From: Phoronis australis
Lineage: Eukaryota; Animalia; Phoronida
NCBI GenBank assembly: GCA_002633005.1
Contig: NMRA01000241.1
Span: 101,684-165,683, forward strand
Direction of reading: 5' to 3'
DNA length: 64,000 nt
Part shown: one piece after another, positions 1 to 14,403 of the stretch
Position numbering within the stretch: position 1 is the stretch's first letter
Layout: the number at the start of each line of letters is the position of its first letter
Program-made: the position numbers and the translations under genes
The notes under the pieces: model-generated
Seen by the model: only the letters and a program-made list of their open reading frames with translations
What the model was told of the DNA's origin: nothing
Database searches by the model: none

Positions 1-994
1 GAGTTTGTGAATTTCATTATGTTGAGGCTATTTCGAAAGTCAGCTGTTTGCATTCAGTCTGCAAATTAAGTGAAAGTGGTATGGTTGGTCTATCCAAGAC
101 TTGTCACTTATGTCTCTGTGTTCCAAGGATTTGTGTGTTCTTGTGTTTAGCATTAAAACATAGTTTTCTTCACTCTCCCAACCTCTAAATATGGTGCTGA
201 TCAATATGGCGGTGCTGAGGGTGCTCTATGAACATATTTGTTCAAACTGGTAAAATTCAACAGAACTAAATTTTAAAAATCTGAAGGTCATGCCACAACA
301 TCTGCAAACTATTAAATTAACCATGGCCTTCCAAAAGAGAGTTTATCCAATGTTTTTCCAGTCTCCTTCTTTTGACCTAATGTACTCTGATTTCCTGTGG
401 ATAAGTGGCAAGGGTTAGAACCAAGATTGTGAAGTGACGTCACACTTCCCATCTGCATTCAAATAGGTGACAAATACCGGTAGGGGTATGAAACTAACCT
501 GCCAGTGACAAGCAAATAATTGGAGTATGGTCAGAAATTGGATGAAACTGTCACATCTGAAGCTTGTTTTTAATCTGATTTAGGAACAGCATTCATTATC
601 ATGTTAAAAGGACAAAATCTTAATTTTTTGAACAGAAGTCGCTGGTTTATCACACCTTTAAGTGTAAGAATTGGTAAAAGCCAACACTGCAGAAGACAGT
701 AGATGTATAATAGAAAGGTAGTAGTGATGGGAACCAAACTGTTGAGTTGATTGGACATTATGTCTACTGTATAATCCATGATCAGCAAGTCACTGGATTT
801 AGCCAGAAGTTCTACATATATCTTTGACTTTTTTATTCCAAGATTAATACTCTGTATTTGCCTACTAAGTTTTAAAATGTTTATTTAAAATTCAAAACGG
901 TTAAAGCTCTAGTGTTAATGTATTGACCACTTACTGACAAGCTCAAAGCTATCAAAAACCTGATGAAGATAAACTTTGACATGGGACAGTTGTA

Positions 995-1062
995 GCTACA
1001 ATTATATATGAGACAAGTATTGTTGATCGCTACAATTATATATGAGACAAGTATTGTTGATC
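995..1062. repeat. Perfect 34-bp tandem duplication
   Basis: gctacaattatatatgagacaagtattgttgatc x2. Confidence 0.85.
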
Positions 1063-3189
1063 ATCTCCTTACATGTGTTTTAATGGTCTATATAAATGTG
1101 CTCTAATTGGCAACAGGCTGATTTCATGCAAGGTTTCCTGGGAGTAGCACACTTGAAAAATGTTGAAAGTTAGCTAACTTTGGAACATCATATCTTGGAA
1201 ATGGCTGATTGGATTCATTTCAAACTTTCAGATACTGTGACTTACGTTCCATTCTCTAAAGTCTTTGTAAGGAATTGTTTTTTAAAATGTTCAATTTTTG
1301 TGTGTGAGGTTATCAAAAAAGGACTTTAATGAAAATACTCAAAAGTTGCATGAATTGAAAGCGAATTGATTATTTAGAAAACTGTATCAGCTCTTTTAAG
1401 ATTTTATCTTGAACATTTTTATCAAATGAAATTTAGTCATGTCATTGATGCTGTATTTTCTGTTAAATTTTTCCACAATGACATGTTCATGTGACTCAGT
1501 TTGTGCCAGATAGGTATACAGTCAAAAACCGAATTCTTGATGCATTCTACTTTCAGAAAATATATACACTCTACCGAGTTAAAATCTATATTGTTGTTGA
1601 TACTTGGCTAAATACAAACTTGTGGACAAGGTGCAAACTGTTTAATTGGATGTTCTCTTATTAATGAGCAGAGGTGTTGTTTCCTTGTCAGTGCATTATG
1701 TCTGGTCAGTTCTACTGCTGGCATTTGACTTATCTTCCTTCTGGCAAGCTATTGAATCTTGTATTCCTAACCTTTTGATTAAGTAGGTTGCATTCTAGAT
1801 CACCAGATTTGCATTCAGTAATGCTCTCAAGAGACCAGTTACATAAAATGACAACACATTCTCCTCCACCCTTGTGTAATATTCACAATTTCTGATGTTC
1901 TTGATATATGCCATCTAGTGAATTGCTTCTCAACAACCCATGCATAATTATTCCTCATGTTAAGATTCTTGTCTATGTAACTAGGAAGACCATGTTATTG
2001 TATTAAGTTAGTGTTGCTTCAAACCTGTGGGTCAATAAAAATGAAATGATAACTGGTGTCATGCTTTGGCTTCTTGTCTGAAGTGTTGTGAAAGATTTCT
2101 GTCAAAATGTGCTGTACCTTTATTTCTACAAGAAAGAATGAGCACAGCATTGTGGGAGTTTTAAAATAGTGCTTGAGTTGCGTCAAACCTATATGGTCAC
2201 GTCAACAAATGCACTGCATATGTATATTTTGTGTGCACACCCTCTCAAAAAGTCCTGGATCTGCCTGTACAGGTTTCACACCAAAACTCATTGATCGGTG
2301 ATCAGCACATCCTTCATTGAGTTCTAGAGTGTCAGGCTTTAATTGTGTGATTACTTTTTCATGATCTCTTGTATTTGCTCCTTTTCTCAAGTACGTACAT
2401 GTACCGTACATCACATAGTTGAGTGACCAGCCACAGGAAAATCATCACTTTCTGTTAACATCATTAGGTATTCCTAGCTAACTGGGCACACATTCATGCT
2501 AAAGGGACTCAAACACTGCTGGAAATACTTGGGTGTCACCGCAGTTCTATGTTACAACTTTACATGCTGCAAATTCGTCTTTCCCTTCAACTTAAATTAT
2601 AATGACCTCCATCATCTAATCGTTCCTATAACTGTATTGAAAGCATATATGATACATGTAGTCAATTGTGCTGGGGATGTATGAGTTTTTATTTCAGTTG
2701 TTCTAATCAAATCCGCATTCCACCATATTTTTTGTCCTTCATGGCTCAAGACATAATTGTGAGCAGTTGTCTACTTGAGAATGGTCGGTACTGCCTCCCA
2801 TGGTGTCAGTAATCTGAGGTAAAACTGACACTTCTATCATACATTTAGACATGTCCCCAATTTCAACAAGACTCTCTTTCCCCCTGGGTGTAGTGCGCAG
2901 GGGAGTTCACCTGACTGGTGCGCTCACAGCTGCTAAGGACACTGACATTTAAATTGTCTTTGTGGGATTCTTAGCAAACTTGAATTCAGTCCAGATTGAT
3001 CTGATACGAACAGTTAAATCTCACCAGTGCGTTGATTGAGTATTAAAGTTTTAAACCAAATCAAGTTCATTGGTATTTTGCGGCCTGAGTTAAATCTTTG
3101 TTTCCAGTGTCTTGTAAATTCTGGCTAATTCCTAAGTGTGGTTGTACAAGACTGGTCCATGTGTTTTTGTCAAAATGTCAAAAGGGATA

Positions 3190-3740
3190 TGTAGTAGGTC
3201 GCATTTTGCGGCCTAGCCAAAATCTCAGGCCACATTCTCAAAATCCCGCTCGCATTCATAAATGTCAGAACGCAAAAATTTCCCGCCATTTTTGCGCGCC
3301 AAAATTGATTTTTTAGAACATCAAGAAAATGTTTAGATTGTGCTCTTATCTGCGGCGTTAAATACTCACAAATTTTAAGTCGCAGGTACGGCATTACAGT
3401 TCTTCACGAAAGCCATTGAAAGGCTCTAGAGTGCACTCGCTGGTTCCCTGTGTGTCGCTAGGTGGTAGCCAGATATGTTTACAAGTCATCGGGAGGGGCT
3501 GCTCTCGGTTACCGTAGTGTTCTTCTGAACTTGATTTGGCAACAACCAAATCACGGTCAGATTCAAACGAGTTGCTTTATATCTGCCAGTCATCTGCAGA
3601 GAAGTGTAAAAACTCAGCTTGCAGATTTCGGAAATTCCAGATCGCATTTTGCGACTTGATACGAGCTGACAAAAATCTCAGGTCGCATTGCCAAATTTCA
3701 GGTCACAAATGCAACCTGTACCTTGTTATGCCGAGCCCTG
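3190..3740. mobile_element. Partial hAT-like MITE (right end only)
   Basis: Ends in gttatgccgagccctg (reverse complement CAGGGCTCGGC); repeated subterminal gtcgcattttgcg motifs; no matching left TIR seen. Confidence 0.4.
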
Positions 3741-6700
3741 CAGTTTACATAACCAAAAGTAACACCAATGAGAACGTTTCTGTATAACTTGTCTCAGTTC
3801 ATGACTTGGTTTTTATGACGCGATAGTAAAATTCAATCAAAACATTTGGCACTTGACATTGTGTACCTGTGGATGTCCCAAGGTAATAGTCATGTTACCA
3901 TGTTGCACGTTCATGCATGATAGGAGATGATTTGGGGATTTCAGATACATTTAGTAATTCTTCACTAATCTCGCATAAAAATGATTTGCATGCATTGCTA
4001 CAAATAGTCTATGCTTAACGTGTGTTGCTTTGTGATGGTGAGAAATGTTCTTTCATTGAGAGGTGACAAAATAAACGAGGGATGTTTTTTGTAACCGCAA
4101 GATGATTGCGAAGCATCTGTAAACGTCTCTGCTTGGAAACAATGAATTTTATCCAACAATTCGTCATTTTAGCCTCACTGGAAATTCACGTTTGCTAGCT
4201 TATGCATTAGTAAGGTTACAAGCTTCTCATAACACTCGTCTTTCAGTTGCCTGATTTTATGCAGTCTTGCACAAAAAACAACACATCAGCAAAAATGTGA
4301 CCACAGTAGAACAAAACAAAACATTGCAAAAATAAATCTCGTGCTAGGAAAATGTGACCACTAGGTGATCATGAAAATGGTGACATCATTAACGTGAAAG
4401 AAGACGGCTGAGCCAGATAGTGAACATTTAGTGTTGAACACTTAGTAGCCCTTTGAGAGATCTGGTGATTAGTCAATCATCCATATTTCAACAGGATGCA
4501 CAGAGATTTGTATCTATATTGGCAAGACATTGCTAAGTCCTTAATTGTAACTGGTACCAGTGTCATAATCACTTTTAGGGGTCACATGCTACTAGATTGC
4601 CACATGGTCTTGGCTTGGTTAAATTTTTGCTGGCCCATGATTCGGTCATGGCATGGTGTGAAATATTTCTGATGAGTTAATTATGTTGTCACAAGTATAA
4701 AAGTCCTTGTACATGTTTTGGTCTAATATGAAATGAAAGTGCTGGTTTTGAATCCTTATTTTTTTGTCCTGCACATTGAAAATAAAGTTTTGGACTTTAT
4801 TTTAATTCTTGTATGGAAAAAATGTTTTGGAATTTTTCTGTTGCAGGCAAAGCAATCTTAATAATACACACTTTTTAAACTATAGTAATAAGCACAGTAT
4901 ATTCACTAATTGATACATCCAATCATATGGGATATGGTATGATCTTGTTGCAAGGAAGAGGTGAAAGGGTTGACTTGGACCAGTGTCCTGTCCATTCAAA
5001 TGGGATATGATATGATGCTGTTGCAAACAAGAGGTGAAAGGGATAACGTGGACCAGTGTCTTGTGACCCAGAGGTGTATTAAACTGAATAGAGGGTTTCA
5101 AAAGAGATGAGCAAAGTACTTTTATAATTGAACAGGATTGAAGTAACAAATACTCCTAATTAGGTACTTTAAATCTATTTGAACTCAGTTTGCATCTCAA
5201 ATCACTTAGGAAGCGTATGTATACGCAAGCGGTTTAGCTTTAATCGATTTAATTTGAGCCCGCTGGAGGAGGTGGGTTTGAACCAATTGAACTTTAGCCA
5301 ATAGGTTCCTTGTCAATTGTGAAAGCACAATCCAATCGATTTGACTCAGGTGGGAAAAGTGAAGTATTCTTGCATATGTGTGCAGATCTTGATTCATGTT
5401 CATTCAGGTTTGATATTCTATTGGCCAAAAATCAAAAGTTGAATTAGATCTTAACTCTAATAAATTGGTCTCATTGTATTCCTTATTGTGACAGATTTCT
5501 ACCTTCATTACCGAAGAACATCAGCAACTCAAGAAAACACTTAATTTAGTTTAATGGGGTTGGCGAACCCTAAAATTGTAGATTTGAAAATGCAAATCTA
5601 AGCATTGCTTGTGAGTTGATACTCCAACTCATTCGGGAACAATTAACGATCGGATGGGTGTGATAATGTTTTTAAAACCAAACTCTTTGGTTTAGATATC
5701 GACAGCTGAAAAGTTGTGTAATGCAGCTTTAGATTATTGATGATGTTATTTTTTAAACGTAATAAATTATGAATGAATATTGTGTAACAAGTATGTTCCA
5801 GGTCTCAAACAAAATACAAATTTTGTTAACTGTAATGGATTTTTGCTTAGAATTGTTTATTGTTGACTAACTAGAACAGGAAGTTTTTGAGAAGAGTGAA
5901 ATCATTTTTGGAAATAGGATTAAGAAAAAATGGACACTTGGAAAATCAAAAAAATCTAATTAATCCTTCAAAAACGCTACTCTTTGCCTTCTTTCACGAT
6001 ATGAGTCCTGTTTAATATGCTGTGTGACTTTTTACTGCGGAAAGTGGAAAAAGAGCCCATTAACCTGTGAAATTTCCATCCTTCCAAAACATTTAGTTAT
6101 TCCAAGTAATCTATGTTAACTTTATTGTACCTACACAGTTCACCTGGGCGGGACTAAATAAACAGGGACTCGTGAACCACCCAGCTGAACAAAATGGTTG
6201 ATGATAGACTGTATACGAACATTTTGTGTTCATTAAACTGATGATAAAACCTGGTTTTGCTAGCTTGCAAGCAGTTCATTTATAACTGATGTGTGCCACA
6301 TGTTAACCTTTGAAAAAATAGACGTGCACTAGATAGTCCTAGATAATCGCATCGAAACTAAACAGAGTGCAAATACACGGTATGAAAATTGGCAATTAAT
6401 CGGTGGAACTTGTAATTGACTGTAGTAGCATTTTTCTCAAGTTAATCAAGGAGTTGACTTTTGCGTTAAGCAGGGCATGATTGCTTGTGGTCCTACTTTT
6501 TTCAAGTCACACATTTGATGTGCTCCTGAGTTGAGTCTAGACAGATTGATGCTGTCCCTATCAACATAAAAAGCAACTATGGTTATATCTACTGTTGTTT
6601 GTGTCATAGCTAAAAACAATCTGAACTGGGCAGGACATGTAGAAATAATTACACAGCATATGATTTTCGGTAAAATCTTCTCAATTTCTGACAAAAATAA

Positions 6701-8384
6701 TTGCTAAAATTGTCAATTTTTTGATTTTAAAAAGCTTCTAACACTGTTGTGAATGCCCACGGGATCTCAGAATTATGGTGTGACTGTAGCTATGTTACAG
6801 ATCTTGAAAAGTGATGAAGCATTTATTTAGCATGGCATAATATCTTTATGAAGAATATAAAAAAGTATAGTTTTGCTTGTTGGCCATATTATGCCCTAAC
6901 TTGGTGTGATTTTCCTTGTTGATATCCCTATAGCTGCTGGTTGGCATCAAATTACAAGTCTTCTTATCCTCATTCAAATGAACCAAAAGGCCGAATAATA
7001 TGGGTTTACAGCGCAAATAGGAGTTATGATTGGTCACGTAATGCACTCGCTTCTCTCACTCCCGTAAAGTATTGGTTGTAAAGCTGTGCAAAGTTGAACA
7101 TGCTCGAAATCATGTTGTCATGTGACGTGTTTGGGAGTTATACACACGCGCAATATTGATGTCCATTGTGGTGCATAGCTTTTTATTGACATTGTCATAA
7201 TATTAGCACCTGTTCTGGTAAATTATGCTCTGAAGTATTCTTTCTCAACCACAAGAATTATAGTCCCAGTGCAAAAGATGATTTAGAACAGTCTAATTTT
7301 GGTATGGTACTAAAGTTAATACACTCAAAAAGACTGGACTAGCGAGCATAAGTACAATGCAAAAGGTTTGTTCCGGACTATTTTGCGTTACCGTCCTAAC
7401 TTGTCTTCCCACTTCACACGGTTGTGGAGTTCTTCTCATCAGGGTATCAGCCAGGATACTGAAATTGTCAGTTGAAAACCCGGAGATTTGCCACAGTTTG
7501 CGAGGCACGAACGTTGGTGAGTGTTGCCTTTACCGGAATGTTTTGTTTCATGATGCGGAACTTACTCGTTAGGGTTGTCTGACAACGTCCACTGAGATGC
7601 AGACGATAATTCTTGGGAGTGTGCAGTAACCCTAGTGTCTTGCTAAAAAGCAAGATTTTGGATGTTTTGTCGCCACATGTCTTCGATGGGACCTCATGAT
7701 TTTGAATGAATTTCGAGTTAGTAACTGAACGCTCTCCATAAATATCATGTGACAAATCTCCAGCTTTGTCATTAATAACACGGACTCCCTAACTGAACTG
7801 CTGTTACTTCTTAATAAAGGAAAAAAATACGTTCAAAGGGAGTCTCCTGAAGATAAGGTTTAATGCTGGGATGTAAATAATCCGCCGCCATGCCCACAGT
7901 TGCAAATTTTGTCCTCCCAAACCCCCCCTCTCAACCAGCCCCCCCCCCCCCTCTATTCAACATCTACCCGCCCACCAGGCGGGCACGCGGCTGCTGGGTA
8001 ATACTCTGCTTTGCGCCATTTCACACACACTCTCGTTGTTCCTGTCTCTGCCTACTCACTGCTCATGAACAATTTTAAAAAAGTTAAACATTCTCAAAAT
8101 AAGAATAGAAGTGGTAATTGGTTGTCGGATCCCTATTGCCGTACAGCGTAGTGACATCTTGTGTTTAGTACGATGAAGCTTTTAGTTCGGATGGTGGTGG
8201 TGAGAAAAGCGACAATTTGGTACTGTAGGTTATCACGCTGATCTAAAATAGTTATGTTCCCACCGCAAACTATTCCAGACCAACTCTACTGCGAAAGCAG
8301 CTTTAGTTTACACCTCCACCACCACCTTCACCATCAGCAACAGTCCCATTCAGCATTGTATTGGGTTAATGTTGGTCTTCACTG

Positions 8385-9350
8385 CATAGGCGGATTTAGG
8401 GGGCCCGGGCTCCCCCCCCTTGGCTGCCGCAAAAAATAAAAAAGCAAGAACGTAAAGAAATGTTGAATTTATTAATTAACCCGGCCGGTAATTAACATTA
8501 TACGGCAGAAACAAGATTTAAATGTGTGCAGTTTTAATGTGTTTGGGGGGGGCTCAGATCCAATTTCAAGTGTCAAATTCGGATCGAAACTATGGCTAAG
8601 TATAGGCTCTCCCGCGGTATCCCAGGCGACCGGCAGTGGCGCTGCGCACTACAACTCCGTTTCCGTCGTCTGCTTCACTGTGAAATGAAGAAAATTACTT
8701 CATTTTTTAAAGAAAATGGAATCTGAGTGACGATGAAAAAACAGAAGCTGCTGGTAAGATGTCAATTTTATTCGAAGCCTTAGTGAATCACTCAGAAACT
8801 CATAATTCTCTCTTTGTCACACCTTAACTTAAGACGATTTCCAAAGCAATCGCGTCATTAATGCCAACACAAAAAACGGATTTGGTCCTTTGGGCAATTG
8901 AAGACTATTTTAAATACAACAAATTTGTTATGAACTGATTGCACAAATATAAAAAGTGTAATAAGCATTACAAAAAGAAGTAGGTTTCGCACGAATGCTG
9001 TGGACCATAAACAACTAGATCTCTTATTATCAAGAACGTGAGTGAAGTCGTGGTGGTGCATTGGTAAAGCACGCGCGCACTAATCGTCAGATCGTGAGTT
9101 CGAGTCTGTGACCATTGCCATATTTTTTTTTTCTTTTTCTTTGCCTTTTTTTCTTGGATAATACTTCAGGAATCAAGGAAAATGCTTGATTTTTAGAGGA
9201 AAAACAGAAACATTTTCCTGGGCGGGAGGGTGGCGGACCCCCCTCCTGACCTCCCCCCATTCGGTGCTATGCGCATCTAATCATGCTTTGCACAAATGTT
9301 TTCAGACAAAGTGTTGGGGCCCCCCTTGTGATATCCTAGATCCGCCACTG
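8385..9350. mobile_element. hAT-like non-autonomous DNA transposon with an apparent 5-bp TSD (cactg)
   Basis: Left end cataggcggatttag, right end ctagatccgccactg (imperfect inverted repeats); cactg flanks both sides; a related copy ends at 32466. Confidence 0.65.
9047..9120 (+). pseudogene. tRNA-like sequence (tRNA pseudogene or SINE head) with A/B boxes and an oligo-T terminator
   Basis: 74 nt; A box tggtgcattgg; D-stem gtgc/gcac; B box gttcgagtc; ends in cca followed by a T-run. The anticodon and T stems pair poorly. Confidence 0.5.
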
Positions 9351-11537
9351 CACTGAATACACATATTCCCTGGGTACCTACTGTTATGCTTATGAACCAT
9401 TTCTTGTGTATTGAGTTATTATAATTCAAAAGAGGATGATTACTTATAGATGCTCTCGTATTCCCCATTTGTTCATTTGTAAAGTTCTAGAGGTGTTCTT
9501 TAAAAGCTCATCAGCAGATGTCTTTGGACTGTTGATGCACATGGAGTCCACAGAGATAATAGCTTCTCTATGAAGGAATGCCAAACTCTTATACATAACA
9601 AACTGTTAATAGGTATTTGAGCTGAGACTCAAATGTGTGTGGCACAAACAATGTTGTCAGACAAGACAAGCAGATCCATCTAATCCAGTAAAGGTTTTTG
9701 GAAGAAATTGGGAATAGATGATAGCTCACAGAGTCCAGGATGTTACCTAGCCAGCTTGCTAGCTGTATTAAAATGACAAAATAAAGCTTGCTACCATTGT
9801 GTGTTGAGCTACGTTAGACCCCGAAATTTCACACAGTCTGGGTAGTTCTGCTCGTTACTTCGTCGTGAAACATGTAGAGATAACGACCGGCGGAGGTGCA
9901 AGCAAAATCTGGGAGTCAAACGACTCTCGCTTTGCAGCTGTGCAAGTGAAGAACAACTAATAAACATGTTCTTACCTTGTGAAAGTAAAGCTGAGGAAAG
10001 AGTGCGTTCCACTTCATGTTTAATTCATAAAGACAATGAAAACACTTATAAAGTTCACATCCATTTATTTGGTTTTCTTACATACTGTTTGCTGAAAACC
10101 AAACAAAAGGGGTGTTGAATAGGTATTAGACTTCTAAATAGATTATTCTCCAGCTTTGGCCTGTCAACCTATTCCTGTTATTTTCCTGCCCTAATGCACA
10201 TTTTGCAACATTTTTAAAAGCCAGCAGAGCTTGAAGTGAAGTAAGCCAAGGTCAAACAAAAGTTCCTTTAATGAAATTAATTGAATTAACAGTGAGCAAA
10301 ATACATGATTATATTGGTCTGTTGTTGGTGCTTTGGTCACTTATGACTGCATTTGCATCATTATTTAACTCGTAGATCAAAAGGTATTTTGTATCATTTA
10401 GCCTGTTTTATATCAAATTGGGCTTTGTATCAATTAAGCGTGAGAATCTCCATCATTTTTAGTGACACCCTGATCAAAGGTTGTTTTTTAACTGTTACAA
10501 ATCTGAAAGTTTTGTGTACTTCTTAGCTGACATGTGTTCCAAAGCTCAAGGATGTGTGTGGTAGATAGTCATGATAGATGATCCTAAATGGACTGCTAGA
10601 GATATGCCTTATCTTTATTTTGCTCCAGAATACCTTGCACAAGTGCTGGCATTTATAATGCGCCTGCTAATTGCTGATGGTTCTGTGTCAGCTCATGAAT
10701 TTATGTCTGATATTATGATAGTCTTTGGATAATATCTGGGAGGGGTTTAAGTCTCCTCTTACACATAGAGGTATAGAAAAATGCAGTGGCACCTTTTCCC
10801 AGGAAAAGGCACTGCATGATTGACCTAGTTTTTGGAATGTAGAGCCACAGCCGGGGCTAGTGGAAACATTCCTTTAGGGTGTTGGACACAAATTTAATCT
10901 ATCCCTGGATTTTTAAAAACTTTTTATGGTTTGCTCTTTGGTCTTTGCCAACTAATAACCTGGAATAGAATTGGGGAGGGGGGGGGGGCATCAAGTTATT
11001 TTTTATAATGCAGCCACCTAAACAGAGGTGCCTCTGGCAGAACTGCTTGAAATTGCTTTGAAAATGGATTAATTTTGTTGCACAATGTCAGTTTCATGTT
11101 TTACAGCTTCAAGTAAATTTCCCTGTGTATTGGTTTTTTTACTTAGGCATAAAAATAATTTCTAGTTTTTTGAGTACCTCAAAATTTGATTTCTACAAAA
11201 AATTACCTATTAGTGTTATCTTGTTTTATTTTGATACCTCGTATGTTTTGTTTGAAACAAGGGGGTCACTGACTGGTGTCTACAAGTGATGCATAGTAGG
11301 CAACATTCAAAAAGGACATCTGAATTGAAGAACCAGTGTTATTGTTTAGTAGTGATGTACCTGCCTCTGTTTTGATGTGATTTGGACTCACAACTAGGAC
11401 TAGAAATGCACTGTCGCATCACATTTTCCAAATTTTTGTGTGTTTTGAATGTTTTCCTATTTAGCACTTAATTTTTTTATAAAATGTGGTTGTTTGGATT
11501 ATTCTGTATTCTCCGACAACGATTACACCCACTGTAA

Positions 11538-11747
11538 GCTCTCGGGGAGTTGAGATGGAGTAAGACAGACCACCTCCATGCTCTCGGGGAGTTGAGATGG
11601 AGTAAGACAGACCACCTCCATGCTCTCAGGGAGTTGAGATGGAGTAAGACAGACCACCTCCATGCTCTCGGGGAGTTGAGATGGAGTAAGACAGACCACC
11701 TCCATGCTCTCGGGGAGTTGAGATGGAGTAAGACAGACCACCTCCAT
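11538..11747. repeat. 42-bp minisatellite, 5 near-perfect copies
   Basis: gctctcggggagttgagatggagtaagacagaccacctccat x5; source of the periodic ORFs at 11477-11816. Confidence 0.95.
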
Positions 11748-14403
11748 GACCATGTCATAATTTTCCTTTGTAACTTACAGCGATATGTTCAAAACGTAAT
11801 AATGATGTCATACTAAAGCGAATAGTTTAGTATCTCGTCTTTATGATGTTAATGTTTCGTGCTATTACTTAATGCAGTGACAAAAACTCAAAGCAAAATC
11901 AAATTTTTCAATTTGAATAAGCTGTTAATTTAAATAAAATGTAATATTCAAATGTTTAGCAGTCAGTGTTGTAAAACATCTACTTTTTTAGCCTTTTGGC
12001 AAACTTTGCAGATCTCCTAATAATTGAGATAAAATGTCCTAAATGTGTTCACACTGAACTGGATGAGCTTACTGACAGAGGGAGGAGTAAGACTACAGCA
12101 GTTGAAAGTGTTCATCATTCAGATGAATTTTGATCATAACCCATAGTGACCGTTTGAGTGCTGCTTGGGAAATAGGATTTTCTGCGCTCTGTACACAATA
12201 CATTTTAAGGAATTGATTATTGATTCAAATCTGTTAAGGTTTCTATAAAAAAGTTATGCTATGTCTAAAAAAACATTCCAATAACCCACGAATGGATCAG
12301 TGACTTTCTTGTAAGTCTTACTCTGATGGATTCACATCGACTTCGGACACTAGAATGATTTTTGCAGTGGTTGCTTACAAATCCCATGTTTTGAAAAGGA
12401 GTGAATTTACAACTGACTGCAGCGAATTTAGTCTAGCAGTGAATGATTGTTGACACCAGAGTTATGACACTTCAGGATGGTACTTCAGTCGAGGATGTTA
12501 TGTCATGGCAGGTGAGGAATGATTATCATGCTTTATTCAGTCCCTGAATTTTTTATGCCTGTATTACAAATTACTGTGCAACAGTTTGACTTTATTGGCT
12601 TCAGAATAATGAATGGGAAACTAATTTTGATAAGACTAGTGATTAGCTTGGCAGTTGTAGTTTCTTATCGACACACAGCATTGTGGGTAAATACTGGAGT
12701 GCCTTATTGACATATAGCATTGTGGGTAACTACTGGAGAATCTCAGAGAGAGAAGTGTCTGTTACCCTCCAGCACTGCTCCTCTGTTGTGTTAAACTGTT
12801 ATGGTGAATGTAGACACTGTATTAAATCCCTTTCTATTCATTTGTACTTATTTCTTACTCACCTAGAATGTTCACCCATGGGACATTCTACTGTATTTCA
12901 TTCTGCTTAGAATAGAGTATTACAATTTCTTTTGAAGATATATTGTCCTTGCAGACCTTTTCTTGAATTAGTACATTTCTGTGAACTGGTTGCCTAATTT
13001 TATGTGTTTTAAAGTGCTATCCACCAGTTTATTAAATAATAAAAAAGCCTGTGCAAATGTCATCGTACTATCAAAAGTATGCTGATAAGTTTATAGTTCT
13101 AGATTATTGCAGACATTTCACTGCAGGCAGTGTTGTAACCATTCATATACTGAAGACAGTGAACTCAGAAAATACATTAGTGGCAAATAGCTTAATGGCC
13201 TTAAACCTGACACGTCCACCATATAATATTGTATTTAACATAGCAAATGGTACATTACAGTAATTTTTATGTGCTCAGTGAGAACTGCACCACTGAACTT
13301 GTATATAGTGGCTGAAGTGCTTACAGTTTTTCAGTTTTGAAAACACTAGCAAATAACAGACAGACTGGGCTGTCCACAAAGGGGGCAATACTTGCTGGTA
13401 GTTCATTTATTTTCTCACCACCCAGTATCACTTTTAATGTCCACAGAAGGGCAATATTCCCTGGTAGTTTGTTTATTTTCTCACCACTCTATATCACTTC
13501 TAAAGTGAGAATTGATGTTAAACCATCAGAATTGATATTTTAATAAACATATTCATACAATGAACGATAACAAAGGCATTCTTTTTCTGTGCGCCTTCCC
13601 TCTTTGAAATTAAGTGGCATGGTTTCTAATGTGCTAACGAAAACACCATCAATTTTGGTGTAACCCAAACCACCAGTGAAAGTGACCCTTGCAACTCTTC
13701 ACATTACAGGCAGTTTTGCTGTTAGTTTTAACTATAAAAAGTTCCAGCGAAAATACTTGTTTTTTAGCCAGTGTGTTTGGGGTATTTGCCTGCGTCTTAG
13801 TTAAAGTGGAACTTGCAGTGTAATTCCTTATGTCTGTGATTGCTTGGTCAAATTAGTTACAAACACAAGATAACGGGACGATGTTAATATGAAGTACGTT
13901 GAAAATTGCAAAATGTTTTTGAGAACTCGTTATATGTTAAAAATGATATGCCATAAATCACTCAACCATGTCCAATAAGTATTTTGATGTGGTGTCAGGG
14001 AATAACACTGCATGATGAGGTCTATGTGAGTCCCTAAGGAACGTCATTAGTTCAAAGGTCACCTATTTGCAGAATTTTTGTTTTCATATTTACATGTTGT
14101 CATTGAATACAACTGCACTTTGTTTAGCATAGATGATGTTGAAATGGCATTATTGTTTAGTTCCTGCTATATGTTAACGTAGTTAGGAGCCTGCATATAC
14201 ATCTTTAAAGTTTCATTGCCGTTTAGTTCCTGCTATACATTAGCATAGTTAGGAGCATGCAAATACATCTTTAACGCCCATGTTGAACTGAACACAAACT
14301 CAAAAAATTTCAAATTTAATTTTCAAATACCTAAGCTCGGCTGAATGCCCACTCACTAGTATGCTTGTGTGTCTCTCAAGAATTATAGTTCCCTAAAGCA
14401 TTA

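Noticed and set aside
8640-8760. Promoter-like actacaactcc motif plus a donor-like ctggtaag as an alternative first exon
   Set aside because: It lies inside a transposon, the motif is imperfect and there is no transcript evidence.
11477-11816. Periodic ORFs or a CRISPR-like array
   Set aside because: The units are contiguous with no unique spacers, there are no cas genes and the context is eukaryotic; the ORFs come from a 42-bp unit.
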